DNA of 64,000 nucleotides from Nitrospirales bacterium. Lineage in GTDB: Bacteria; Nitrospirota; Nitrospiria; Nitrospirales; UBA8639. Within the stretch, counting starts at the first letter, position 1. The number at the start of each line of letters is the position of its first letter. The notes below the pieces were generated by a model. That model made no database searches, was not told where the DNA came from, and saw only the letters and a list, made by a program, of their open reading frames with translations. Shown piece by piece: positions 9,588 through 19,672 of the stretch. The stretch covers positions 1,568,001 to 1,632,000 of the forward strand of contig CBDCWC010000003.1 of NCBI GenBank assembly GCA_965223295.1, given 5' to 3'. A program made the position numbers and the translations under genes.

Positions 9588-11600
9588 TCAATAGTTCCAG
9601 GTGATTTTCCCGTAAAAGCTCCGCTGTACTTCGGTTGGTTGGGTTGCTAATAACGGAGAAGAGCCGGTTTCTGGATGATGGTTATCTAGGAGATTTTGGC
9701 CAACAAGTGAAATGTCAAGATTTGGCCAAGGTTTCCACCCTAGTCTGAGATCGAGTTCTATGTACCCTGGGATGTTCTGAGCCTTGAGGTTATCCACCAC
9801 ACGGATCCACGAATCGAATTCTACCTGATGGGGAAGTGCGATCAATGAACGCAGGGAGCCTTGATGATGAGGAGTGTTTCCTCCTAGTGTGCTGAGGCTC
9901 GTATTAAGAGGACCATCCACGTCCATGTTGATATAGGAATAGGCTCCACGTATGCGCCACCAGTCTTGCAACTGGATGTCACTTGCGATTTCAAGACCAA
10001 TCGTGTCGACTGTTAAGTTATTGGCAAGCGTGCCAGTGGGGGGAAGGAGGCTGACCGTCTGAGTGCCACGAATATTGTCGTATTGATTGTAGAAACCTGT
10101 GAGATCAAAAGAAAAATGTTCGAACGCACTTAGCCGATAGCCCACCTCAAAGGCCAGAAGTTCCTCGGATTTAAATTCTTGGTTTCCTCTCAAGCGAACG
10201 GGAAATGGTGTGGTGGCATTTGGGGCAAATGTTAGGAGACTATTATCTTCTAAGCGGGACGGAACACGGACCGCCCGAGATACAGTTCCCCACAGATTAT
10301 GTCCTTCAAGGGGAGCCCAGAGGAAACGTCCGCTGGGTTGATATTCAAAACCTGTAAAATCATTGTGAGAAAGTTTTGTGCCGATGGTCACAGTCAATGT
10401 TTCAGGGAGGAGTGTGATTTCATTCTGCAGAAACCCACTGATTAGGTTGAATGAACGGGAATCAGGAAATACCACTGTCCCTGCGGTGTTTTGTAAATCA
10501 TCTACCCAATATCGATATTCCAATCCCCAGAGTAGTTCTTGGTTGGTGGACAGTTCAAAGCGATGTTGGAAGTCCACATCGAAAGAATCAATGGTCGCTT
10601 TCACCGTGTTCTCGTTACGCTCAGTTCGATCATAGAAGAATTGGAGAGCCATATCTGAATCTGAGCTAAATGTGTGTTCCCATCGTGTCAGGAAATGCCC
10701 ACCAGACATCTCAAGGTCTTCATCGCCTGTAGTAAATCCATAAGGAAATGTGGGTGTAGTCGCGACTGTGCTGCGTTGACCACCCTCCATCGTATAGAGC
10801 TCACCTTGTACCATGACCTGATCGCGCGTAGCGGGTGCCCAATCTGTTCGAAATCCACTGCGAAACATGCGAGTATCGTCATGGGCTCCCATTGAGTTAA
10901 AACTGGTATCACGATTGAAATATTTACCAAACAGGCGATAATGGAAATCTTTACCATGGCTCCCGCCTTGCCGAAGTGACACAATGCCTTCTTCCGTTCC
11001 GCCGACCCCACTGACTAAGAGGCCATGAGTCTCTTGGGATTTTTTCGTAATAATATTGATCACACCGTTGACGGCATTGACACCCCAGAGTGCTCCCCCT
11101 GGGCCACGGATGACTTCGATGCGTTCAATGTCTTCCAGGATGGTGTCTTGCGTTTCCCAGGTCACGCCGGCGAAGAGCGGGTTATAAATGGTTCGGCCGT
11201 CAATGAGGACGAGAAGTTTGTTTGTAAAACGTTCGTTGAAACCTCTGGCGCTAATGTTCCATGCATTTTTGCTGTCTCGCGTGACTTGGATGCCGGGAAC
11301 CATCCGAAGCGCTTCCGGGATGCTCGTGGCACCAGATCGGCGAAGATCTTCTTGGGTAATGACAAAGATTGCGGCCGCCGATTCAGAGAGCTTTTGTTTT
11401 TTCTTTGAAACCGAAGTCACTTCGACAGACATCAGCTCTTCAAGGCTCAGTTGAGTAAGGTCGACACTTGCAGGGGCTGTAGGCGATTTGCCTGCAGCGT
11501 TCCCGCCGATGCCAAGAAGCAACAACCCCGTGAATGCCAGCCTCAAACCTATGCCTTGAACGTCGTGAAGAAACCGGAGTTTTCTAGGAATATCTATCAT
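9588..11600 (-). CDS. TonB-dependent receptor (YfiR-associated type)
   Basis: DLTQLSLEELMSVEVTSVSKK plug start, IERIEVIRGPG, C-terminal FYGKITWNY. Confidence 0.93.
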   Translation of the reverse strand: MIDIPRKLRFLHDVQGIGLRLAFTGLLLLGIGGNAAGKSPTAPASVDLTQLSLEELMSVEVTSVSKKKQKLSESAAAIFVITQEDLRRSGATSIPEALRMVPGIQVTRDSKNAWNISARGFNERFTNKLLVLIDGRTIYNPLFAGVTWETQDTILEDIERIEVIRGPGGALWGVNAVNGVINIITKKSQETHGLLVSGVGGTEEGIVSLRQGGSHGKDFHYRLFGKYFNRDTSFNSMGAHDDTRMFRSGFRTDWAPATRDQVMVQGELYTMEGGQRSTVATTPTFPYGFTTGDEDLEMSGGHFLTRWEHTFSSDSDMALQFFYDRTERNENTVKATIDSFDVDFQHRFELSTNQELLWGLEYRYWVDDLQNTAGTVVFPDSRSFNLISGFLQNEITLLPETLTVTIGTKLSHNDFTGFEYQPSGRFLWAPLEGHNLWGTVSRAVRVPSRLEDNSLLTFAPNATTPFPVRLRGNQEFKSEELLAFEVGYRLSAFEHFSFDLTGFYNQYDNIRGTQTVSLLPPTGTLANNLTVDTIGLEIASDIQLQDWWRIRGAYSYINMDVDGPLNTSLSTLGGNTPHHQGSLRSLIALPHQVEFDSWIRVVDNLKAQNIPGYIELDLRLGWKPWPNLDISLVGQNLLDNHHPETGSSPLLATQPTEVQRSFYGKITWNY

Positions 11601-11711
11601 GAATCCTCCATGTCATAGTCACGAAAACATCCTGACCCCACTCTCTTGCTCCAAAGGGTCTCGAAAAAGGGGGCTGGAAATAAGACATTGTTCCAGGTTT
11701 TCCTTATCTTT

Positions 11712-11739
11712 TTGTCGGTTATTGAACGTTGAGACTTAA
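11712..11739 (-). promoter_or_regulatory. sigma28-like promoter
   Basis: TTAAG-N15-ACCGACAA upstream of the TonB receptor. Confidence 0.6.
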
Positions 11740-11791
11740 TCTTGGGGATGTCAAAACGAATAAATGTTGTCTGAAGAAAGGTGGCGGAAAT

Positions 11792-11981
11792 TGGAGTGTT
11801 GAATAATGAAGATAGCAGGGGCCATATGTCGCCAGGAAGCTGTTTGCTATCAGCAGCATCGGGTCTGTTCAAAAAAGTCGTCCAGCAAGGCCGCAGCCAT
11901 TTTTGCGCGCGGAGCGTACTGGCACTACGTGAGCACGGAAAAATGGCGAGAACGCCGCTGGCGGCTTTTTTCAACAGGCCC
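11792..11981 (+). mobile_element. ~190-bp MITE, copy 1
   Basis: Ends TGGAGTGTTGAATAA...TTTTTCAACAGGCCC; flanked by GAAAT on both sides. Confidence 0.85.
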
Positions 11982-12109
11982 GAAATTGGTATTTGAGGGG
12001 AAATTGAGAATAGATGATCAAGGATCAATCAGATCATCTTGTCAAGAGCCAACGATGAATTTCACGTCTGTATAGGATGTTTTGAGGAGTGGCTGATGCA
12101 AAAGTATGT

Positions 12110-15100
12110 TTAGGAAGAGAGAGAATTATTGACAGAATTTTCAAGTTCTTCTCGGGTTTGTTGGAAACGGTCATGAATGATTGGTCGAAATGATGAAAGA
12201 GATGGTGTGCCTTCAGCCTTGCAGGCGGTCTCGAGATCCAGAGCCACTTGGGCGAGGGAATGAGCTCCCATGTTCCGCGCGATACCTTTGAGTCCGTGCG
12301 CAGATTCTCGAATTTGGTCGAGGTCGTTGCTGGCGAGTGCGTGTTCAATGAGTGTGACGCAGTGAAAGGCATCCTCCACAAAATTCTGAATCATGGTTTG
12401 AAGAAATTGTTGGCCACCCAGGTCTTCTATCTCCTTCAACGTCTCAAGGTTGATGGTGGATTGGGTGGATGGATTGGTTAGTGAAGAAGCAGACATCATC
12501 GGTTTTTCTGGGCTTGAGGTCTTATTGGGATTTGGCTGAGGCAGCCATGTCTTGAACATGTGTTCTAGCTCTTCTGGTCGAATGGGTTTGCTCAGGTAAT
12601 CATCCATGCCAGCTTCCAGACATTTGTCCCGATCGCCTTGCATAGCATTGGCCGTCATGGCAATGATCGGCACATGGGAGCCGTGAGCAGTGAGGTGTGA
12701 GGAGTCAGCCGTGACAGACAAATCCGTCTCATGCTCATTACTCTTAACTCCTAATTTCTGACTCTTTAGGCGTTCCGCTTCACGGATACTTCTTGTGGCT
12801 TCATACCCGTCCATTTCTGGCATTTGGCAATCCATCAGAACTAGATCATAGGGAATGCGCGAGATAGCTTCTACCGCTTCTTGTCCGTTTCCGGCGACAT
12901 CGGCTTTATACCCCAACCGTTCCACCATTAAGACTCCTAATTGTTGATTGACCTGATGGTCGTCGACGACCAAGATCCGCATGGCTTGTTGTCGTTGGAG
13001 ATCTTTCAGAAAATGAGATGTCACTAATGGTTGGGTCGTTGTCGGGAGGGTTTCAGATACCTGAAATCCCATGACGGTTTCTAAGCAGGCTTGAAGTTGG
13101 GCTTTTCGGATGGGTTTGGTGAGGTACCCTGCAAATCCATATTCCTTTGCTGCAGTGGCATCCCCCGTCTTCCCAGAGAGGTGAGAAGGATGAGGCGCGT
13201 AGCTTGAAGATTTGGATCTGTCTTGATCAATTTTGCCAGTTCAAACCCATCCATATCGGGCATTTCCATATCCAATATGGCCAAATCGTAGGGAGTGCCG
13301 TTTTGAGCTTGTTGCTGAAGGAGAGTGAAGCAATTGCTCGGATGTTTCACTAAAGTGCCTTCCATATTCCAATGTTGAAAATATTGTTCTAAGAGTTGCC
13401 GATTGGTGGGATGATCATCAACCGCACAGACGCGGAGATGTTCCAGGGCTACGGGATCTTGCGAGACAGAGGCTCTCGGGTTTTGCTGTTTTTGAAACCG
13501 CGCAGTAAACCAGAAGGTGCTGCCGCCGGCTTTTCGGCTTTCAACTCCAATATCCCCATCCATGAGGCGGACGAGTTGTCTGCAAATGGCAAGGCCAAGC
13601 CCTGTACCTCCATGTCGTCGGGTGGTGGAACTATCAGCCTGGGAAAAGGGCTTAAACAATTTCGGTAAGATATCTGAAGGGATGCCTTCTCCGGTATCTT
13701 GAATTTCAACACGAACAACAACCTCGTTCTGAGTTTCTTCAATGGAAGAGATCTTTACAATAATTTCACCTGTGGAGGTGAATTTTATGGCATTCCCCGT
13801 GAGGTTCATAAAAATTTGGCGCAACCGTCCGGGATCACCTAGGAGCGCTGTAGGGACATGAGCTGACACTAACCCGACTAATTCCAATTTCTTTTTCCCG
13901 GCGGCCTCGGCCAGTAACTCCAAGGATTCTTCCATTGTAGTACGGAGATCGAAGGGAATCATTTCAAACTCTAATTTCCCTGCTTCGATTTTTGAAAAAT
14001 CAAGAATGTCATTAATAATTTTCAGCAAAGTTTCCCCAGAAGAGCGAACCGTTTCTGCAAATTGCCGTTGCTGGTTCGTTAGGACGGTATCCAAAAGCAA
14101 GCCCGTCATGCCGATGACTCCGTTCATAGGTGTGCGGATTTCATGACTCATCATGGCCAAAAATTGACTTTTGGCGGTTGCTGCCATTTCAGCATGCTCT
14201 TTGGCTTCCTGCAGTTCTTGCTCGTGCTTTTTTCGGTCACTAATGTCACGGATAATGCCGGTAAAAGTGCGACGAGAGCCCACCCTAATTTCACTCACCG
14301 ATAACTCCATAGGAAAGACCGAGTCGTCTTTTCGTTTCCCGACTAATTCGCGAGCTTTCCCAAAAATAACCGATGTCTGATCCTTGAGATATCGTTGGAT
14401 GTATTCATCATGATTTTCTTGATAGGGGGAGGGCATGAGTAGAGACACATTTTCCCCTAAAATTTCTTGGACAGAATACCCAAACATATGTTCTGCAGCG
14501 CTGTTGAAGGATTGGATCAAGCCGGTTTCATTGATTGTAATAATGGCATCGGCGGCGGTTTCAAGGATTCCCCGAATGCGGGCGTCACTTTCTTCCCGAG
14601 CCAGTTCTCCTCGTTTCCGTTCCAACACGCGTCCCAGTTGTGTGCCAATAATTTCTATGACTTCTAACAGCCGGGCATCGGGCTTTTCCACCGAACGGGA
14701 AAAAAATTCTAAGACACCCATGACATGATTTCCCATCATAACGGGAAAGGCCAATCCTCCACGGATCCCCAAATCCTTGGCGGTGTGATTGCGGGGAAAA
14801 TTTGAGTCTTGAGTAATGTCGGGTATCCATACTGCTCGTCTCTGTTGTAACACTCGTCCCGGAAGCCCAACGCCTTTTGAAAAGGTCGTCTGTTCCGTGA
14901 GGGTTTTGAAAGTGCGGAATTCTTGAGGGTGATCCAGATGCCAAATTCCGGAAGTAGTGAGTAAGTCGATATGTTCATCTACGCGAAAATACACGTGTCC
15001 AACCGGCCATTTTGTATAGATACAGATGCGGTCTAGGCTCGCTTGAAACGTTTCCATCACTGATGCCGCTTCGTTGGCGGCTATGGCGACCTGTTGAATG

Positions 15101-15537
15101 AGGTTCATGAGGTCTGTCTTTTGCCGAAGAGCATTTTCCGTATTTTTTTGTTCAGTGAGATCTCGCACGAATGCGTAGAACGAATAGGTGTATTCTTGGA
15201 AAATAGGAATAATGGTCAATTCAATGGGAAACTCGTGGCCGTCTCGATGTAGAGCTGCTAATTTGAGACGCTGATTCACGATGGAGCCCTTTTCCGTGGT
15301 GGCAAATCGTTTCAGTCCGTCCGTGTGAGCTTGTCTGTACTGCTCAGGAATAATGGTGCCTGTGAGAGACTGGCCTATGATTTGATCCTGTGACCATCCA
15401 AAGATGTCTACCGCCGAAGGGTTCCAGGTTGTGACGATGCCCTCATTATTGATCCCAATGATGCCGTCCAGAGCATGATCAACAATCAACCGCATTTCAT
15501 CCCGGTTTTCTTGAAACATAGGAGGTTGAAACATCAT
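12110..15537 (-). pseudogene. PAS-GAF-PAS hybrid histidine kinase (2xREC, Hpt) split by a 1-nt frameshift (or sequencing error)
   Basis: ORF 13081..15537 leaves homology after LTSLGRRG. Adding one G to the G5 run at 13162-13166 restores [32 protein letters not shown] and joins ORF 12110..13072. Confidence 0.8.
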
Positions 15538-15612
15538 TGTGCTCTGGGGCTGCCTGTGAGTTGAGATTTCACAAATCCGCCCTCGATTAAAGCCATGAAA
15601 GTTTTCTCTGTC

Positions 15613-15802
15613 GGGTCTGTTGAAAAAAGCCGCCAGCAGCGTTCTCGCCCTTGTTCCGTGCTCATGTCATACCAGTACGCTCCGCGCGCAAACATGGCTG
15701 TGGCCTTGCTGGACGACATTTTTGAACAGCCCCGATGTTGTTGATGGCGAACCGCTTCCGGGCGAAATATGGCCCCCGATATCTTCATTATTCAACACTC
15801 CC
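15613..15802 (-). mobile_element. ~190-bp MITE, copy 2
   Basis: Same element reversed; flanks CTGTC/CTGTA (4 of 5 match). Confidence 0.85.
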
Positions 15803-15918
15803 CTGTATCACATATTGTTCGACAACGATGTCTTGATAAGTAGAGGACTCCGACTATCGGACATTCCTTGTTACGATATGAGACTAGTGCTGGCTCAATA
15901 GGCTACACCTCATTCTAC

Positions 15919-15946
15919 TTTTCGGTTTTCAGAACTGGGTTCTTAA
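15919..15946 (-). promoter_or_regulatory. sigma28-like promoter
   Basis: TTAAG-N15-ACCGAAAA. Confidence 0.55.
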
Positions 15947-16018
15947 AATTGAATGAGGAAGGATGGCAAAGAAATGGGAGAGATGAGAGAAGGGACGGGT
16001 TGAATCGCTGCGTTTGAG

Positions 16019-18319
16019 CTAAACAGTGGCTGGTGCGGGAAGCCACCGTTTTAAGGCTTGTGCGAGGAAATCCGGTCGCACCGGCTTAGGCAAATAGTCA
16101 TCCATTCCAGCTTGTAAACATTTTTCTCGATCTTCCGGCATCGCGTTTGCGGTCATGGCAATAATGGGCAGACGGGAACGGTGAGGGCTACAACGTAAGG
16201 AGTGAGAAGTTTGTGAAAGATCGGTCTCTTGGGCCTCACCCTTCACTCCTAACTCATGACTATTGACCTTGGACTTTTCACTTTCTGCCTTCCTAATCGC
16301 GCGGGTGGCTTCATAGCCATCCATGACTGGCATGTGGCAATCCATGAATACGATGTCGTAGGGAATGGTGGAGCATGCATTGATCGCTTCTTCACCATTT
16401 GCTGCGACGTCTGCTTTATGTCCGAGACGTTCGATCATCATGACAGCCAATTGTTGGTTGACTTGATGGTCATCCACCACCAAAATTCTATGGCTGTTGA
16501 TTTTTGCCGCTTCCAAACCTGAAAAACGCGTTACGACAGGAGTATCAGGGTGATGAAGGTTCCCGGTGGTCAGGCCCATGACCGTTTCCAATGTGCGCTT
16601 GAGAGTGCTTTGGCGAATCGGTTTAGTGAGATAACCTGAAAAGCCTGCAGCTTTGGCTTCTTTTGCATCTCCACGTTGGCCAAGAGAGGATAAAAGAATT
16701 AAACGAATATCCGAGAGCTGAGGATTGGCTTTTATTTCTCGAGCGAAGGTCATCCCATCCATTTCGGGCATCTCCATATCTACAATCGCAATCTGAAAAG
16801 GCGTCCCTTCTTCTTGTGCGTGTTGAAACAGCTGGAGTGCTTCAAGGGGAGTAGCCGCAGAGGCCACTTTCATGTTCCAGCCTTTGGCATATTCTTCCAA
16901 GAGTCGACGATTGACTGGATGATCGTCGATGCAACAGAGGCGTAGCCCCTCCAAATCGCCGGTCGGGAGAATCGGGGTTTGACAAGATTGCTTGATAAAG
17001 TGTGCGGTAAACCAAAAAGTGCTGCCTTGGCCCATCTGACTGTCAAGGCCGATTGTTCCACCCATGTGCTCAACTAACTTCTTACAAATAGCCAGGCCCA
17101 GCCCGGTGCCTCCGAATTGCCGAGTGGTAGAGCTATCGGCTTGTTGGAAAGGTTGAAAGAGGCGCTGTTGGGCAAGAGAGTCAATGCCAACGCCTGTATC
17201 CGTGACCGCCACTCGAAGAGTAGCGGCTTCTGGGGTTTCGTTGACTAGCGAAATGGTCACAGTCACCGCGCCTTTTTTGGTAAATTTGATAGCATTACTT
17301 ATCAAATTCAACAGAACTTGCCGAAAGCGACCCGGATCGCCTCGTAGAGCTGTGGGGACCTGCGAGTCCACACAACCGACCAGCTCCAGATGTTTACTCC
17401 CTGCCTTTTCCGCTAACAGGTCTAAGGTGTCTTCCATCGCGACACGAAGGTCGAAATCAATCGTTTCAAAATCCAGCTTTCCGGCTTCGATTTTTGAAAA
17501 ATCCAAAATATCATTGATAATCGTAAGCAGGGCTTCTCCTGAGCTTCGGACCGTTTCGGCAAACTGCTGTTGTTCTACAGTCATCTCCGTATCTAACAAC
17601 AGACCGGTCATGCCGATAATGCCATTCATGGGGGTCCGAATCTCGTGACTCATGGTCGCCAAGAATTCGCTTTTGGCTTTCGCTGCATGTTCCGCCGCTT
17701 CTTTAGCCGCCCGGAGAGTTTGCTCCGTTTCTTTCCGTTCGGTGATGTCTCGAATAAATGCGCTAAAGAGTGTGGTCCCTTCCATGGTAAATGGGTTGAC
17801 CGATATTTCGATGGGGAAGACCTCTCCTTTTCGATTGAGCGCCGAAAATTCAACGCGCTGATTTAACATGGTGCCTTTCCGAGTTCTGAGGTAACGTTGA
17901 AAACCTTGGTTATGGGCTTCACGGAAATCAGGAGGAATGATCTTGTCGGACACCAGTTGACCGACGATTTCTTCTTTCGTCCATCCAAACAATGTTTCGG
18001 CTTGTGGGTTCCAGTCTATGATGATTCCGTCTTCATTCACCGAAATAACCGCATCCAGGGCGTGATCCACGATCATCTTCGTACGTTCCTGCTCATACTT
18101 AAGCCGGGTTTCGCTTGTGCGTCTGAGGTCATCATAGAGTTGCTGCATTTCTCTGGATGAAAGAGCCAATGATCGTTCCAGTAATTCTCGCCCCTGATCG
18201 GCTTCGGTATAGGCATTGCTGATTCGTTCCAGCAGTTTTCCCCAATTTTCAAGGGGAGGAGGAGTGGTGGGATCACTCGCCCCTAATCGTTTGAGTTGGC
18301 GTTTGAGCAAAGGATGCAT
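16019..18319 (-). CDS. PAS hybrid histidine kinase, 2xREC (partner of the FIST/NosP protein)
   Basis: [10 protein letters not shown]-terminus, [13 protein letters not shown], two REC domains; starts 6 nt after the FIST stop. Confidence 0.92.
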   Translation of the reverse strand: MHPLLKRQLKRLGASDPTTPPPLENWGKLLERISNAYTEADQGRELLERSLALSSREMQQLYDDLRRTSETRLKYEQERTKMIVDHALDAVISVNEDGIIIDWNPQAETLFGWTKEEIVGQLVSDKIIPPDFREAHNQGFQRYLRTRKGTMLNQRVEFSALNRKGEVFPIEISVNPFTMEGTTLFSAFIRDITERKETEQTLRAAKEAAEHAAKAKSEFLATMSHEIRTPMNGIIGMTGLLLDTEMTVEQQQFAETVRSSGEALLTIINDILDFSKIEAGKLDFETIDFDLRVAMEDTLDLLAEKAGSKHLELVGCVDSQVPTALRGDPGRFRQVLLNLISNAIKFTKKGAVTVTISLVNETPEAATLRVAVTDTGVGIDSLAQQRLFQPFQQADSSTTRQFGGTGLGLAICKKLVEHMGGTIGLDSQMGQGSTFWFTAHFIKQSCQTPILPTGDLEGLRLCCIDDHPVNRRLLEEYAKGWNMKVASAATPLEALQLFQHAQEEGTPFQIAIVDMEMPEMDGMTFAREIKANPQLSDIRLILLSSLGQRGDAKEAKAAGFSGYLTKPIRQSTLKRTLETVMGLTTGNLHHPDTPVVTRFSGLEAAKINSHRILVVDDHQVNQQLAVMMIERLGHKADVAANGEEAINACSTIPYDIVFMDCHMPVMDGYEATRAIRKAESEKSKVNSHELGVKGEAQETDLSQTSHSLRCSPHRSRLPIIAMTANAMPEDREKCLQAGMDDYLPKPVRPDFLAQALKRWLPAPATV

Positions 18320-18325
18320 GGATGG

Positions 18326-19459
18326 CTACTGCTCAGAAATCGTGGTTAGCGTCATTGTTTGGTTGTGAAGGTCGCAACGTCCGTTGGTGTAGGGAGACAA
18401 TTCGCCGTACGAATAAAACCCAATTTGCTTGGTTCCTTCAGGAAATACCTCGAGGGTGGCCTCAATTTCTTCTTCTGCTCGTTCTCCAAGAACTAAGCGC
18501 CGTCCAACACAGGTAATGGCAATCGCAAGCGTGTTCTCCGCCTCCAGGGATTTGGTCAGGAGGGCGGCCTCCGACGCTCCGGTGATCAGGCGATCAAAAT
18601 TTCCACGCATCAGTTGGACAGCAGCATTGAGAGGGATATTTCCTGCAAAGGTCATGGATTGGTCTGATTCATTCACCGCCAAAATGGTTCGCACGAGATA
18701 TTCATCATTGCTGCCCTCCTGTTTCAATGCTAAGGGAAAGAGGAGAGCCGTTGCCGGGAGTCCACTGGCCCGTTCGCCCAGATATTGTTTGTACAGTTCC
18801 AGAGCAGGTTTGCCGTCCAGCTCATACAGCACATTGCCTTCTGATCGGGTCACTCGACGTTCGGGCCCCAAATAATCCCATCCGCCTTTTGACCCATGTC
18901 CTAGACGAATGTGATCACCATAAAATCCGACAGCCGTCACCACGCCTCCAGTTGGCGTATTCTCCTGAATCACCCAGGTTTGTTTGAAGCGATCTCCATC
19001 TCCTGCGAGCCCTCCGGTGATGATCACGGATTCCGGGAGAACATCATTCATGCCACGGATGAGTTCGCTTCCATTGACTTTGAGCCCATCTGAAAGCACT
19101 AAGACTCCTCTAAGATCCGGTCGCAAGAGATGGTTGGCTATCTGTTGTCCAACTTGCAGAGATTGTGAGGGGTCAGGAATGGCTACTGTCGTGGTTTGGA
19201 CCGTGGTCTGTTCAAACTGAAGAATGCCTCCCACCAGACTGCCGTCTCTAATTTCACTGCCAAAGACTTCCCCGGAAGTCGAACAGCCAACGACGGGAAT
19301 ACCGGAAAAGGTTTGACAGACATCCTGGATGTAGGTCGGTGCTTCCAGAAAACTTGAGGATCCAAATAAAATGACCAGGGACTTTTGAGGGTCCTGGAGA
19401 AAATCCGGGCGAGTGATTAATGGGCTAGAATTATCCAGACAAAATGTTTGAACCTTCAT
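18326..19459 (-). CDS. FIST-domain sensor (NosP-like)
   Basis: GCSTSGE, DGLKVNGSEL, GGLAGDG, CVGRR, GFYSYGE, LHNQTMT. Confidence 0.92.
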   Translation of the reverse strand: MKVQTFCLDNSSPLITRPDFLQDPQKSLVILFGSSSFLEAPTYIQDVCQTFSGIPVVGCSTSGEVFGSEIRDGSLVGGILQFEQTTVQTTTVAIPDPSQSLQVGQQIANHLLRPDLRGVLVLSDGLKVNGSELIRGMNDVLPESVIITGGLAGDGDRFKQTWVIQENTPTGGVVTAVGFYGDHIRLGHGSKGGWDYLGPERRVTRSEGNVLYELDGKPALELYKQYLGERASGLPATALLFPLALKQEGSNDEYLVRTILAVNESDQSMTFAGNIPLNAAVQLMRGNFDRLITGASEAALLTKSLEAENTLAIAITCVGRRLVLGERAEEEIEATLEVFPEGTKQIGFYSYGELSPYTNGRCDLHNQTMTLTTISEQ

Positions 19460-19566
19460 GTCTCCTCCCTCATTGCATCGAATGTTCTTGCTCTTCTTTT
19501 AGCTGCTCGTGGGCCATACACACTTTTTCAGCGTACGCTTCCGACAATATAGAGAACGTGCTATCT

Positions 19567-19594
19567 TTGTCGGCTGTTTGAGGAGAAATCTAAA
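19567..19594 (-). promoter_or_regulatory. sigma28-like promoter
   Basis: TTTAG-N15-GCCGACAA upstream of the FIST gene. Confidence 0.55.
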
Positions 19595-19672
19595 CCTGAA
19601 CCTGGAATGCTAAGAGGAATAGTCTATCTGTGACCGGCTGTATCCAGAATCGACGAGTCTTTCGATTGTGAA

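Noticed and set aside
11597-12075. Similar-looking short ORFs over the repeats (also 15534..15901, 28016..28198, 41199..41405, 43568..43771, 50354..50713) as a small protein family
   Set aside because: They are translations of the MITE in varying frames and strands with inconsistent starts and stops; the similarity is explained at DNA level.
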